From Eledone cirrhosa (taxonomy: Eukaryota): DNA of 64,000 nucleotides. The DNA is taken from the NCBI GenBank assembly GCA_964016885.1, contig OZ024743.1, forward strand, positions 372,744,001 through 372,808,000. Reading direction: 5' to 3'. The stretch's first letter is position 1, and each line of letters starts with the position of its first letter. The translations under genes and the position numbers were made by a program. The notes under the pieces are model-generated. The model saw nothing but the letters and a program-made list of their open reading frames with translations, did no database searches and was not told where the DNA came from. This document shows, piece after piece, positions 24,103 through 36,168 of the stretch.

Positions 24103-24904
24103 GTAAGTTGCCTACTTATTATTAAACTATATATAATTTCACAATCTTCTCTTAATAGACTTTGGACATTTGCTTACTCAACTTATTTATTCTCAACCCC
24201 CTCCTGACAGCTAACTACCGTTTTCTTTTTTTATATTTTCATTTACACTTAAATTAGATTGCGATTCTTGAAAAATACGCAAATTTATCATGTCATTTCA
24301 TAAAAAATACAAATAAATGCGATGTTATTCTTATGTTGTGTTTTAATGAACCACTAAAGCCCGAAAAACTCTGTCTACACACATTTTAAGTATAAGTACC
24401 ACCCATTAGTCCTAGCAACTGTAAATAGTTTTCAGACACATACATACACAGTCACATAACACCAACATACTAATATATATATATATATATACTCGATCAT
24501 ATATCTTGAAATTTATATAAAATACCATTATTGGAACTAGTTTCACTTCAAAAATTTCGCTCTGTTGTCTGAATGTTATGATCTGTCGTAATAAATCTTA
24601 ATCCTTTTAATTAATCCCCTAATCGTATTTTGTAAACTGTCATATATATAGACCGTGTTTGTGTGTTATATATTACACTCTTTTACCTGTTCCAGCCATC
24701 CGGCTGAGGCCATGCTGAGCACCGCCCTTGGTATATATATATATATATAGTCTAAAGGGGTAGGGTAACAGTTTAAATTTTGAAGTCATTGCCACCCCTT
24801 CGAAAAATGAAACTTATTACTTTGCTCGCATGTATTGAGTGCTTGTTCAGTTAATATTTGATATATATATATATATATATACAGAGAGAGACTACATATA
24901 CATA

Positions 24905-24982
24905 CAGGGTGCCCAAAAAAATGTATACACACTTCAACAGCATTCTAATAAATATCTGTATACATTTTGGGAGGACACCCTG
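24905..24982. mobile_element. Tiny Tc1/mariner-type MITE, 78 bp
   Basis: CAGGGTGCCCAAAAAAATGTATAC ... GTATACATTTTGGGAGGACACCCTG imperfect TIRs, TA on the left. Confidence 0.65.
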
Positions 24983-24986
24983 TGTA

Positions 24987-25017
<31 letters not shown>

Positions 25018-25019
<2 letters not shown>

Positions 25020-25054
25020 TAGTGAAAGTCAATTACACACGATCATACACGTAC

Positions 25055-25088
<34 letters not shown>

Positions 25089-25125
25089 GTACGTGTATGA
25101 TCGTGTGTAATTGCCTTTCACTAAT
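25018..25125. repeat. 108-bp near-perfect palindrome centred on (TA)n
   Basis: About 40-bp non-microsatellite arms with one mismatch. Confidence 0.9.
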
Positions 25126-26734
25126 TTATTTTGGGGTTATTTCAGGGTAGAATTATACTTTCTGGTGTGTTGTCTTGAAGCTGTCTTCATCACCATCACC
25201 ATCATCATGCTGCCAGTTCTTAAGAACGTGGCATAGTCAACAGAGAACTCTCAAAATACAGTAATATATACGTAGTTCTATTTTTATTTTTACCATTATT
25301 ATTATTATTGTTATTAACTGGGTTAAAATTTAACAATTTATTTGGTTTAACTGCTTTGACTGTTGAAAATGTAATATTTTAGGTGGGTGTGTATGATGAC
25401 ATTTTGTTGTAATTTTCGCGGTATTTGGCAGTTGGGGGGGGGGATGTGAGGTGTAATAGATGTTATATAATTTATTGAAATGTTTTGGACATAACTACAG
25501 TTAGTTAGTGTGAGTGTATGTATGTGCCAACTTTATTTTATCATAACTTCTATAATAAAGCATATTTTTAAAGAAAATTTTGCAGAGATACATTTTCAAA
25601 AGTTGGGATTACAATTATGTTGATGAACTTTTAAAAGAAAAATTTTATTTAGCTATTTTCGTTGTTTTTTGTTTGTTAGTTTTTTTGGTAATTTATAGTT
25701 ATAGAAATAATATTGCGTGCCTGTATAAAACCTATAGGATTGTTTGAGATTATTAATTTAACAGCATAAAATTGGAAGGCATGATGAAACAATGTCTGTG
25801 TTTACGTCTAGCCTACTACAAAAAATAGAAATTATGCAATAATGAAAACATTAATAATGAATGGAATTATACAATAATGAAAGTATTTCAAAATTTAATC
25901 CGTCTTTTATTTTTGATTCCATTTAATTGTAATCTGCACCATCGAAAACGTATCTCATAAAAATATGAATTATTAAAAAAGTTCTGAAAAAACAAAGCCG
26001 GATGAGGGTTGGAGAAGCCAAACTAGTTATGCCATATTTATTTTAGAACCTTAGTTTAGACACTTCTGTAAGGTCGTGACCACTTCATTAAAGTAAGTTG
26101 TTCTAAGTGTATGTACCTGTCTAGTGTAATTATCAGGTATCTTGGCCTGTTATGTGTTTTATTTGGAACAGCAATAAACGTTAAGGTACCTTTTCTCCAT
26201 TGTTTATATCAATAATAACTTAGAGAGCGTTATTTCGTTTTATGTAGACACCAATTGCTGAATGGTACCTGATAGATCTGTATCTGTAAATTCTGAACCA
26301 TTTAATAAAATATCACAACATGGAACAGAACTTTATTTGCAGGAATTTGGTATTTGTTAATTCAGAACTATTTAGTAGGAAATGAAAATATTTGATAATG
26401 GTCCGAAATTGCTGTCTACTTAAAACGAAAGAACGTCACTTAGAAATCACCACACAACACATCATCCTTCATCGTCAAACGAGGATCCCTCAAAATAGTT
26501 CTTCAACCTGCTAGAAATAGCTACTAAATCTCCCTCGAATTACACCCAACTGTCTTGGAAGAAGGAAAGACACTTTGCATAAAGTAGTCCATGTTGTACT
26601 TATAAAAAGTCGGGAGGGTCATGGTCGGAGTTCTTTTGATCCTAATTTGCCCAATCATAGTTTACCTGGCACCAATCAACAGCTTCATTTGTTCACTTTT
26701 ATATTATAACAATTAACTTTTTTTTATCTGTCAG

Positions 26735-26985
26735 GGTTTGCTCTCCTGGGTCTCCTGCCAGCTGGTTTTGCCTGGACAGATTTTACGGCCCAAACCAACT
26801 GCCGGGAGACCTAGGGGTAAACCACGAGCAAAATAGTTGGATAACATCCATGAACTTGGCTGGTCATGCTTGGGGATCCAGCCGGATCAGTTGGAGATGG
26901 TTGCTTCTGACAAGACCCACTGGAAGGAGTGCTTGAGGACTTTTCTCCCACAACCCTCTCAGAAATGTGGGCGGAGAAGAACTTT
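26735..26985 (+). mobile_element. RTE-like LINE 3'-end fragment
   Basis: GRPRGKPR...DNIHELGW; homologs at 59240-59460 and 61985-62085. Confidence 0.65.
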
Positions 26986-27604
26986 ATTTATCTGTCCATC
27001 ATCATTTTACATCCATTCTTCCACACTGGTGTGGGTTAGACAGTCTGACACTGGTTTTATTCATAGATTCCATATTTTGGCATGGTTTTATCATAGCACC
27101 ATCAGTAACACTTTACAGGATGTACTATGTGCATTTTATCATAACTCCAGCACTACCACTTACAAAGTGTAGTGGGTACATTTTATCATAGCACCAACAC
27201 TACCACTTACAGAGTGTACTGGGTATTTTTTATTGTGGTGCCAGCACCACCACTTACAAAAGGTACTGGGTACATTTTATCCTGCAACCAACTCTAAAGA
27301 GGTTGTCATGTCCTCAGCAGAGTGAAGAAGGTTAGAATTGAGATAGTCTGGTGGAAGAGATAGCAATAGTAGCTACATGTTTGTTGCTGAGAGGGAGACA
27401 GGGAAAGAAGAGAGAGAGACAGAAAGAAGAGAGAGAAACAGGGAAAGAAAAAGTGTTGTGTAGTGAATGTTGCCAGAAGGGGTTGTGATGGTGGAGAGAA
27501 AAATAGATTAATAAGATTGGAAGTACAGGGGGTATATTCAGGATTAAAAACATCACTCTTTATGTGGGGGGCATCATTTCTCATTTTAAAACATATTAGT
27601 TAGT

Positions 27605-27835
27605 ATGAAGCAATGTGAAATGAAGTACCTTAAGGACAAAACACATGGCTGGGTCAGAAGACTGGACTCACAAATGAAGTACCTTGAACAAGGACAAAAC
27701 ACATGACCTAGTCTGACGTCTGGATCCCACAAATGAAGTGGCTTGAACAGGGGCAAAACACAAGGCCCAGTCTGAAGACTGGACCCATAACCTTGTGATT
27801 GTAAGAACAACACCCTAACCACTAAGCTGTGCACC
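27605..27835 (-). mobile_element. SINE copy with an internal ~57-59-bp segment triplicated
   Basis: AAATGAAGT...AAAACACA...CTGGA..CA occurs three times, followed by the SINE head (CTAACCACTAAGC). Confidence 0.7.
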
Positions 27836-28185
27836 TTTACATTGGATAATGTAGTCCTAGATAACTGAAAAAAAAAATTGGGATCATCAGAGTTAGAATA
27901 TCTTTGATCATAGGTCTAATCTGATAAGAGATAACCTAGGGTTAAACAACCACCAATCTAGACTCTATGTTTGTATGTATGGACCCATAACTCTTGCTGG
28001 AGTCATATGAGTACTCTTGTGACATGCAGCATGTCTTGGATATTTTATACTTGGCAGAATCCATCAGCTCTCCTCACCAGACTATATTTCTGCTCTGATT
28101 ATATTTTTAAACATCAACATCAAGAATCAAGATTTTTTTTTGCCTCTTTAGATTTTTCAGTAAAGTTATTTCACATTCCATGTAA

Positions 28186-28336
<151 letters not shown>

Positions 28337-28609
28337 ACTACAGATAGAGTAGCCTCACCACCATCATTAACAGGTTGAAAGCTAGTCTCCAGTGTTTTCA
28401 TGTGATATATTCTACATATTGTTATAAAGTGTAATTACTTTCACACACATCATATTCCATCATGTGTGTATATGGTGTATATAGTAGTGCTGGTTGAAAT
28501 GTCAAATCTATGTGTATGCAATGAGACTGTTGAAACTAAAATGTGTAAAGTTGTATATTGAATTCATGTTACATATATTTCATACTTTGATCTTCTCCCC
28601 CCCCCCCCC

Positions 28610-28650
<41 letters not shown>

Positions 28651-31600
28651 TATCATCATCATCATTTAGCGTCCATTTTCCATGCTAGCATGGGTAGGAC
28701 AGGCTGTCCCTTTGGGAGAGATCAGGTTGGAGAACCATGTTTCATTCACACGGCTGATTTTGGCTTGGTTTCTACAGCTGGATGCCTTTCTTAACGCCAA
28801 CAACATTTACAGTGTATGTATATATAAATATATAAATTTAACTAATCCAGCAGAATAAGGATCCGTATAGTCCACACCAGTTCATTACTCTTCATTTTAA
28901 CCTACTTTCCCTGCTATCAATGGTTGAACAGGTCTTCACAGCCAGAGTCAATACTCAAGCAGAACTACTGCCTTCTCAGATGGGCCAGGGGCCTTCATCT
29001 TACATTGTCACAGTCTACCAAGTACATTTTATCATGACACCAGCACTAGGGAGTTTGTCATAACACAAGAGTCCTCCAGACCCTTTGTTTAGCAACATAT
29101 CTATGGCTGGATGCTCTTCCTATTACCAACTATTTTGTAAATGATATAACTACACCCATCACTTGCAATCAAATATGAATTACTTGTATGTACCAAAGGC
29201 TTTAGGTGTCCATGCAGTCGCAATCAAACACAGACACTCTCTTGACCCTTTCTCCCTTGATCCAGCAAAATACCCAGAATATGACAGCTGGAAGGAGAAC
29301 ACTTGGTAGGAACTTTCTTTAATCTTTTTTTATACCAATCTTTCTTGAATCACCCCTGGTACTATAATACTGAGCTGTTTAGTTAAAAGTACTTATATTT
29401 GTCTAAAAATCTCCCATCATAATTTTACATAAGAACATTTGGTATGGTCCAAACACCAGCTTAATAATGAGAAAGTTAGTTATATTGCTAAATCCCTCAA
29501 GATTCTTAATTATTTTCAAAATTATTTGAAAATCATAGGCAGTGTCTTTCATTAGAAATACAGTAACGAAAGTGTTAAGAAATGCTTGCTCTTTTTGGTT
29601 ATTATATATCACTGGTGGTATTCTACATTAAAAGTTTATCATGAAAAACATTAAAGCAATTGAAAAAGAAAACTAGGCCACCATTTCAATAGCCATGTAT
29701 AATCATGGATTCATTCTTTTTTTTTTCTGCCTTGGCCTGTAAGACATAAAGGCATTTCTAATCCAGTCCACCTCCCAAATAGTTTGCTGACTTCTACACA
29801 ATAGCATTGTGCCAAGTGTTGTGATCTTGCTGCTGCTGCTTATTATTATTATTTTGAATTTGATATGTCATTGTTGTTATTTAACCAGAAAATTTGTCCA
29901 AATGAACATGAAGCTGCTAACCACAGCCTCAACTGTTCAGGATATATTGGAGGTTTCTTGCAGTTCCCAGTAGACATGCCTGTTGAAGTGTTTAAAAAAA
30001 AGGTGACTGGGCTTATGGCCTTTAGCCAGGCTTGAAAACTCTTCGTGCACCTCATGAAGGAGATGACATTGATCTCATAGCAGTCTCAAATCCTTTTCAG
30101 TTCCCACTTTAGATCCTGGTACCAGTTAATTTACTCCTCATTTTTCTTGCACTCTTGTGTCAAAGGGGTAAGCTACATCTATAATCAAGCAAGATCTTTT
30201 TTCCTTATCAAAAACCACCAAGTGAGGCCTATCCTTTTCTTGCAATCTTGTGTACCCAATTGTTTTCTATCACCAACTCTGGCTTGCTCTATTATTATTA
30301 TTATTATTATTCTTTCATCCTTACGGGGTCGATAAAATAAAGTACCAGAAATGTACTGGGTAATTGCTGGCCTTGTGCCTAAAGTAGAAACAATTATTAT
30401 TATTATTATTATTATGCATCATCACTGTATTACTGAGCACTTCTCTGTGCACCTCGACTATGTGCTGTGTGGTTTTTGTTGCTGTTGTTTCTATTGTATT
30501 AAGAGTACTCTTCGTAATATGTGTGTAGTGCCCAGTATGTTGTATATATTTGTGAGTCCTGGGGTTTTGGTTATGTAGCTGTCTGTTTATTACCATTATA
30601 TATAACAGTACACTACAGGATGTATCTGTCTTCCGTTCCTACCTGGCCATTACCATTCTTGTCCAAACTGGTTTTGCACCTCTCTTGGTGGCTTTTGTGT
30701 ATTCTTCATCATCATCCTTCCATCTCCTCATCTTCTTCAGTCTACCCCTCCCTGATCTTCCTCAGTCTACCCCCTTCCTCATCCTCTCCAATCTACCCCC
30801 TCCCTCCCTCCTCCACTATCCTCTTTCATGAAATCCATTACATGGCTCCTATTGTCCAGTACTATTCAGTAAAACACTTCATTAGTTATATATAGTATAG
30901 CTAGCTATTGTTATTGTAGTGATGAAGTTGAACAGCTCAAAATATTGTACAGAAGTTAAGTTGTAAATAAATTAATGTGTTTTTACAGGAAGTCTGAGAG
31001 AGAGAAAAATAGGATTGGTCTTCATCAGAAGGAAGCTGGTTTTTTTTTTTTTCTTAGTATCAGAAATGGGTGTGTACACATATTGGTAGGCAACAATAAC
31101 AAGATTAATTTTATTTTTTTATTTTGTTTTGTTTTTAGCTGATGATCAGGATTAACATGAATTATTAATGTGGATGTTATATATAAAAGTAAGACATGAG
31201 TATTTGGTGGATGGTGGGAGGTTGTGTAGGTATGTCTATATGATGTGTGATGTGATGTGTGGTGGTGGTTGTTTTGTGTTGGTGTTAATTGTATGGTGTG
31301 TGTATAGAGTGATAGATGATGGCTTTTGTGCCATGATGTGATGTGGTAATGTTTTGGTGTTGGATTTAATTGTATGGCATGTATGTGTATAGGTCTGCAG
31401 TAGTACATGACACCTGTTGTAATGTGTGGGTGTTATGTGTTGATGTAGTTTTGTGTGGTATGTGTAGATATAGAGTAGTACAGGTCATCAAGTACCACTT
31501 TATACCTCACAACACAACAGTCATCAAGTACCACTTTTATATCTAGATAACATAATGATCAACTACCACCCTATTCTACACATCTTCAAATTTGTAAACC

Positions 31601-33143
31601 CATCTATGCTGATGGTCTCTGAAACCCATGAGAAAAAATAATTTAACCCTTTAGATACCAAACCACATGAAAACACCCCTGGGTCTATGATACAAATTTA
31701 TTTATTTTAAAGACTTTATATTTATCACATTATGAAAAAGTTAGCTAAATTTGTGCTTTCTTGTATGTATTTTTGCAACTCCAATAGTTTCAATTAGGAC
31801 AAAGTCATTATAATTAAGTGGCTATATGTTTGCAGAGCTGTTCTGCTAGAGAATGGGTTGCAGGTGGCTGATAGTGATACAGCCACCAGACATGACGGTT
31901 AGTTGTGATATAAGCAGGCACCTGTTGAACAAATATGCAATCCCGGACTAATAGCAGTAAACTACTAGGGGAGATGGAGAAATGGGTGACACCTGTAGCT
32001 CCCAAGAAAACTCTCACAACCCAGTGACGTAGCTATGACAAGCAAAGTAAAGGTCGCCTCTTAAAAAGTCTAGTCTTTGTGGGTTTGAGAAAGTATTAAA
32101 GAAAATATGGAAGAAAATTATTATAATTGATTTAAATGAATGTAAAATGAAATACTGTGGTGGCCAGAGAGACAAAAGGGAGAAAGTTACGGAAAACTCA
32201 AAAATTCAAGCATTATTAAATGTTTGTTTTTTTACTATAAACCGTCATTTTTCCTGTCACTATAAACCCTGTCATGTTCTATACTAGCACATATATATAA
32301 ATAGATCAGGACTTTACCAATTTTAAACTAGTAAGACCATTATTCAGCAGTGTACTCGATACCTGGGAGAGTAGAGTGTGACTATATTAGAGAGAGTTGG
32401 AGCCCAATGGCAAGACCTCAGCTGTCGGGGCCCCAACTTCTCATATATATGAGAGAGAGAGGGAGTGAATCACACACACACACACCACACACCACACACA
32501 CACACCACTACATCTGTGAACACTCTAGAAACATTCTCTTTAAACATCTTCACTACTGATTGACAAATGTTCTTTTGTTAATATCTGAAATGTCATGAGA
32601 AACAGGACTTAGTCCCACTAGTCCTGTCTTTATTTCTATCATGTATAGCCAAGCTTCAATTAATACATATTCTTCAAATAATATAATTTTGATTAAGTAC
32701 AAATTATAAAATGCTACCAATTTTCATTAAATTCAATACAAAATTCGATTTAGTACAATTTGGGGTTTTTGTTTTTCCTCATGAAAATTAAAATCTGTAT
32801 GTACCAGCCATTAGTCAGTTTGCTTTTGTTGTACAAGAATGTGCTGCTGTTCTTTAGGAATTTTTAAATACAACTTGGTATTGTTCTTTTATATAAACAG
32901 CTCTTAGTATTGTAAACAGAAAAAGCACAGTGGATTAACAGAATCATTAGTGTGTTGGACAAGATGCTTGGCAGCATTTAGTTAAAGCTCTTTATATTCT
33001 GTTTTTAAATCACACTGAGGTCAACTTCAAAAGTAGATAAAATAGAGTACCAGTTAAATACTGAGGTCAATATATTCAATGTTCTCTCCACCACCACCAT
33101 CACCAACCAAATTACTGGCCTTGTTCCATAATTAGAAACCATA

Positions 33144-33173
33144 ATCACTTCTTGGCTAAGATCAAAATGTAAT
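33144..33173 (+). pseudogene. Possible U2 snRNA 5' fragment
   Basis: ATCACTTCTTGGCTAAGATCAAAATGTAAT versus U2 ATCGCTTCTCGGCCTTTTGGCTAAGATCAAGTGTAGT; short and gapped. Confidence 0.35.
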
Positions 33174-35660
33174 GTGAACAGAACATTTATTTGTATTTCG
33201 TGTATCTCTGTACTTTTAACATTTGATAGAATTGAATGGACCTCCCTTGATTTTGATGGTGAATATTCCAGTTGTTTGATTAATAGAACTTGTGAAATTA
33301 GCGCATACTCTCAGGTCTCGGATAATCATCCCCTCACCACCCACCCTGCTTATTAATTTTCAGATTTTTTTCCAACACACCCTACTCTTACACACATACT
33401 TATTAAATTTTGCTAATCTATCTTTGATGAAATTTTATTTTAAGTGGTAGCATTCCTGCAACAATTAATTTTTTATCTACATTAAAAAACATTATACATG
33501 ACAAAAAAGTACATTACTAGAAACCTCACACTTTATAAAATAAATATGATGGGTTGGGGTCTCAATATGTAATCTAAACGACTAATTCTGTTTTTTTTTT
33601 AAAATCAAGAGACAACCTAGAAAAATTACCGATTTTCCACTCCATCCCCATTATTTGGGACCTGAGAGTAAGTGGCTAAGCCTTCCAAGACATGTGTACC
33701 CATAACATACTGTATATACTCAAATATAAGTCAAGGAATATGTATCCAAAAAAATCAATGGTAAAATGTCAACATTTTGACAATTTTCACCAACTTCAAA
33801 TTCTATGTAAATATGTAAATAAGATACTAAAATATCTGGAGTAATTATTTTACAATGAAACACTTTTTTTTTCTACAGTTACTATATCGTTGTTAGTGTC
33901 ATTCAAGCATTCTCTTGAAAATATTTCCAACAAATTGTTATAATTTGAACTTTTTAATATAGAAATATTCCATACACATACACGAACGCACGCACACACA
34001 CATACATGTTTTTCTCTATTTTTTTCTTTCAATCTTCTGGTTTTATTTTATTGCTCTCGTTTTCTCTTCCTTCTTTTTCTGCCTTTCTCTCTATCTCGTT
34101 TGCTGTCTCTCCTTCTCCTACTCTATAAATCCCTATACAAAGTTCTCTTATTCAATCTTTTCCTTTCAAACTACTCCCAGCATGTGAATGGCTGGAAGTA
34201 AACAAAAATTTAAGAAACTTCTTGAAGCTTAACAAAATGGAGACTCATTATGTAATGGAATTGTAAAACAAAAAAACTATATTCCAAATGATACTTAAAA
34301 TATTTTAAACGTCAAAATATTAAAACTTCATAAATATACTTTATACTCATTAGAATTTCAAAACCATGCCATCTAAACAATGTGTTAATTAGCTTATAAA
34401 CTGGGTTTGGATTTTTGCCCATTTCTCAAACATGAAATAGGGGTTTGGGCTTATATCTGGGTATATACGGTAATTCTCAGAGAGATTCATAATGACACTA
34501 AGTGTGAATAGCTTGTTTCTTGGAACTACGGATACAACTCATTCCTGGCAGCTGAATGGACTGGAACAATGTGAAATAAAATGTCTTGCTCAAGGGCACA
34601 GTGCATTGCTGGGAATTGAACTCACGACCTTCCAAACAGTTTCCACTTACCTAGTTTCACTCACAAGACATGGGTTGACCCAAGGCTGTGGTAAATAATA
34701 CTTTCCCAAGATTCCACACAGTGGAGTCAAACCCAGAACTTAGATTGTGAAGTGAACTCTTTAACTTTTCAGCCATAGTGAGTTTACAAGATTCAATACA
34801 CTTTGGTAGTTAATGTCTATTTTACTCATGTTAGTTATAAATGTAACTTTGATGGGACCAAATTAGCCCTTTCATTATATTTATAATGAAAGACACTACC
34901 TATTATTTCCAAATAATTTTGAAAATAACCAAGAATTCAGATGGATTTAGTAACATAGCTAACTTTCTCATTATTCATCTGGTATTTGGGACATAACTTA
35001 ATAAAGGTTCTGACATAAAATTATTATGGAAGATGTTTAGATGAATATTTTGGTGCCACAATAAAACACACCCAGCCCACACTGTAAAGTGGTAGTGCTG
35101 GTGCCACAATAAAACACATTGATCCCACACATTGCCCTTCCACTGAAATTTGCTGGCCTTGTGCCTAAATTGCAAATCAATAATTATATTTTCACTTTTT
35201 TTTTAACTGGAAAACACTTTCATATGGCCCATAAAAAATGATAGACACCAACACATCATCATCATTTAACATCCAGTTCTCCCTTTTAGCAAGGGTTGGA
35301 CAAGTCAGCAAATACCGACTGTTTCTTAAAATTTTTATTGGACATTTACATTGGGTTGACTCTAATTGCTATATTTTTATATGCTGTAATAAGTTTCGAT
35401 AATAAAAAATACAATCTGTATATGGCATATATATGATTAATTATCCACACCAATTGAGACTTGTCTGTATACTAAATACTTTGTGTCACTATTGTTGTTA
35501 GAATTATTATATTGTTATGTTTTGGGAGGGTCATGTTGCCAATAAGAAACACATGCACCAGTTGCTTTCACTCCAATTTATTATAAGTTAAATTTATAAA
35601 TTTAAGAATTTTTAAATTTCCGGTTGGTTGGTTCCACAACTGGACGGTTGTTCATATATT

Positions 35661-35703
35661 GTCAAAGTTCTTTCGTCACACATTCTGTGACCTCTTCAGT
35701 GAC
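35661..35703 (-). ncRNA. Minimal hammerhead ribozyme motif (inverted copy)
   Basis: Exact reverse complement of 36126-36168. Confidence 0.55.
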
Positions 35704-36125
35704 TGGGGATTCTTTTCTTTGTTTTTGTGTCTCTCCTTTGTTCTGGCCTACGCCATCTTGTTTTTGTGTGTGTTGTGTGATTAGTTTGCGCATGTGTTAC
35801 ATCCGGGTGTCTGTGTGTGTTTATATTTGTTTATTTATTTGTTTATTTACATGTTACTGGTTGGTTGTTTGTTCTATGTGTGTGTGTGTGTGTGTTTTCA
35901 TTTTGTCCTTAATTGTAAGTTGTGATGTTGCTATTCCATTCATGTAACATGTAAATAAACAAATAAATAACATGTAAATAAACAAATAAATAAACAAATA
36001 AATAAACACAGAGACACCCGGATGTAACACATGTGCAAACTAATCACACAACACACACAAAAACAAGATGGCGTAGGCCAGAACAAAGGAGAGGCACAAA
36101 AACAAAGAAAAGAAAAGAATCACCA

Positions 36126-36168
36126 GTCACTGAAGAGGTCACAGAATGTGTGACGAAAGAACTTTGAC
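36126..36168 (+). ncRNA. Minimal type I hammerhead ribozyme motif
   Basis: GUCA-CUGAAGA-G-GUCACA GAAUG UGUGAC-GAAA-GAAC-UU-UGAC: stem I 4 bp, stem II 6 bp, very short stem III, CUU cleavage triplet. Confidence 0.55.

Noticed and set aside
25995-26035. Possible additional hammerhead (CCGGATGAG...CCAAAC)
   Set aside because: Core nucleotides are mutated (no CUGA, no GAAA); at best a dead relic.
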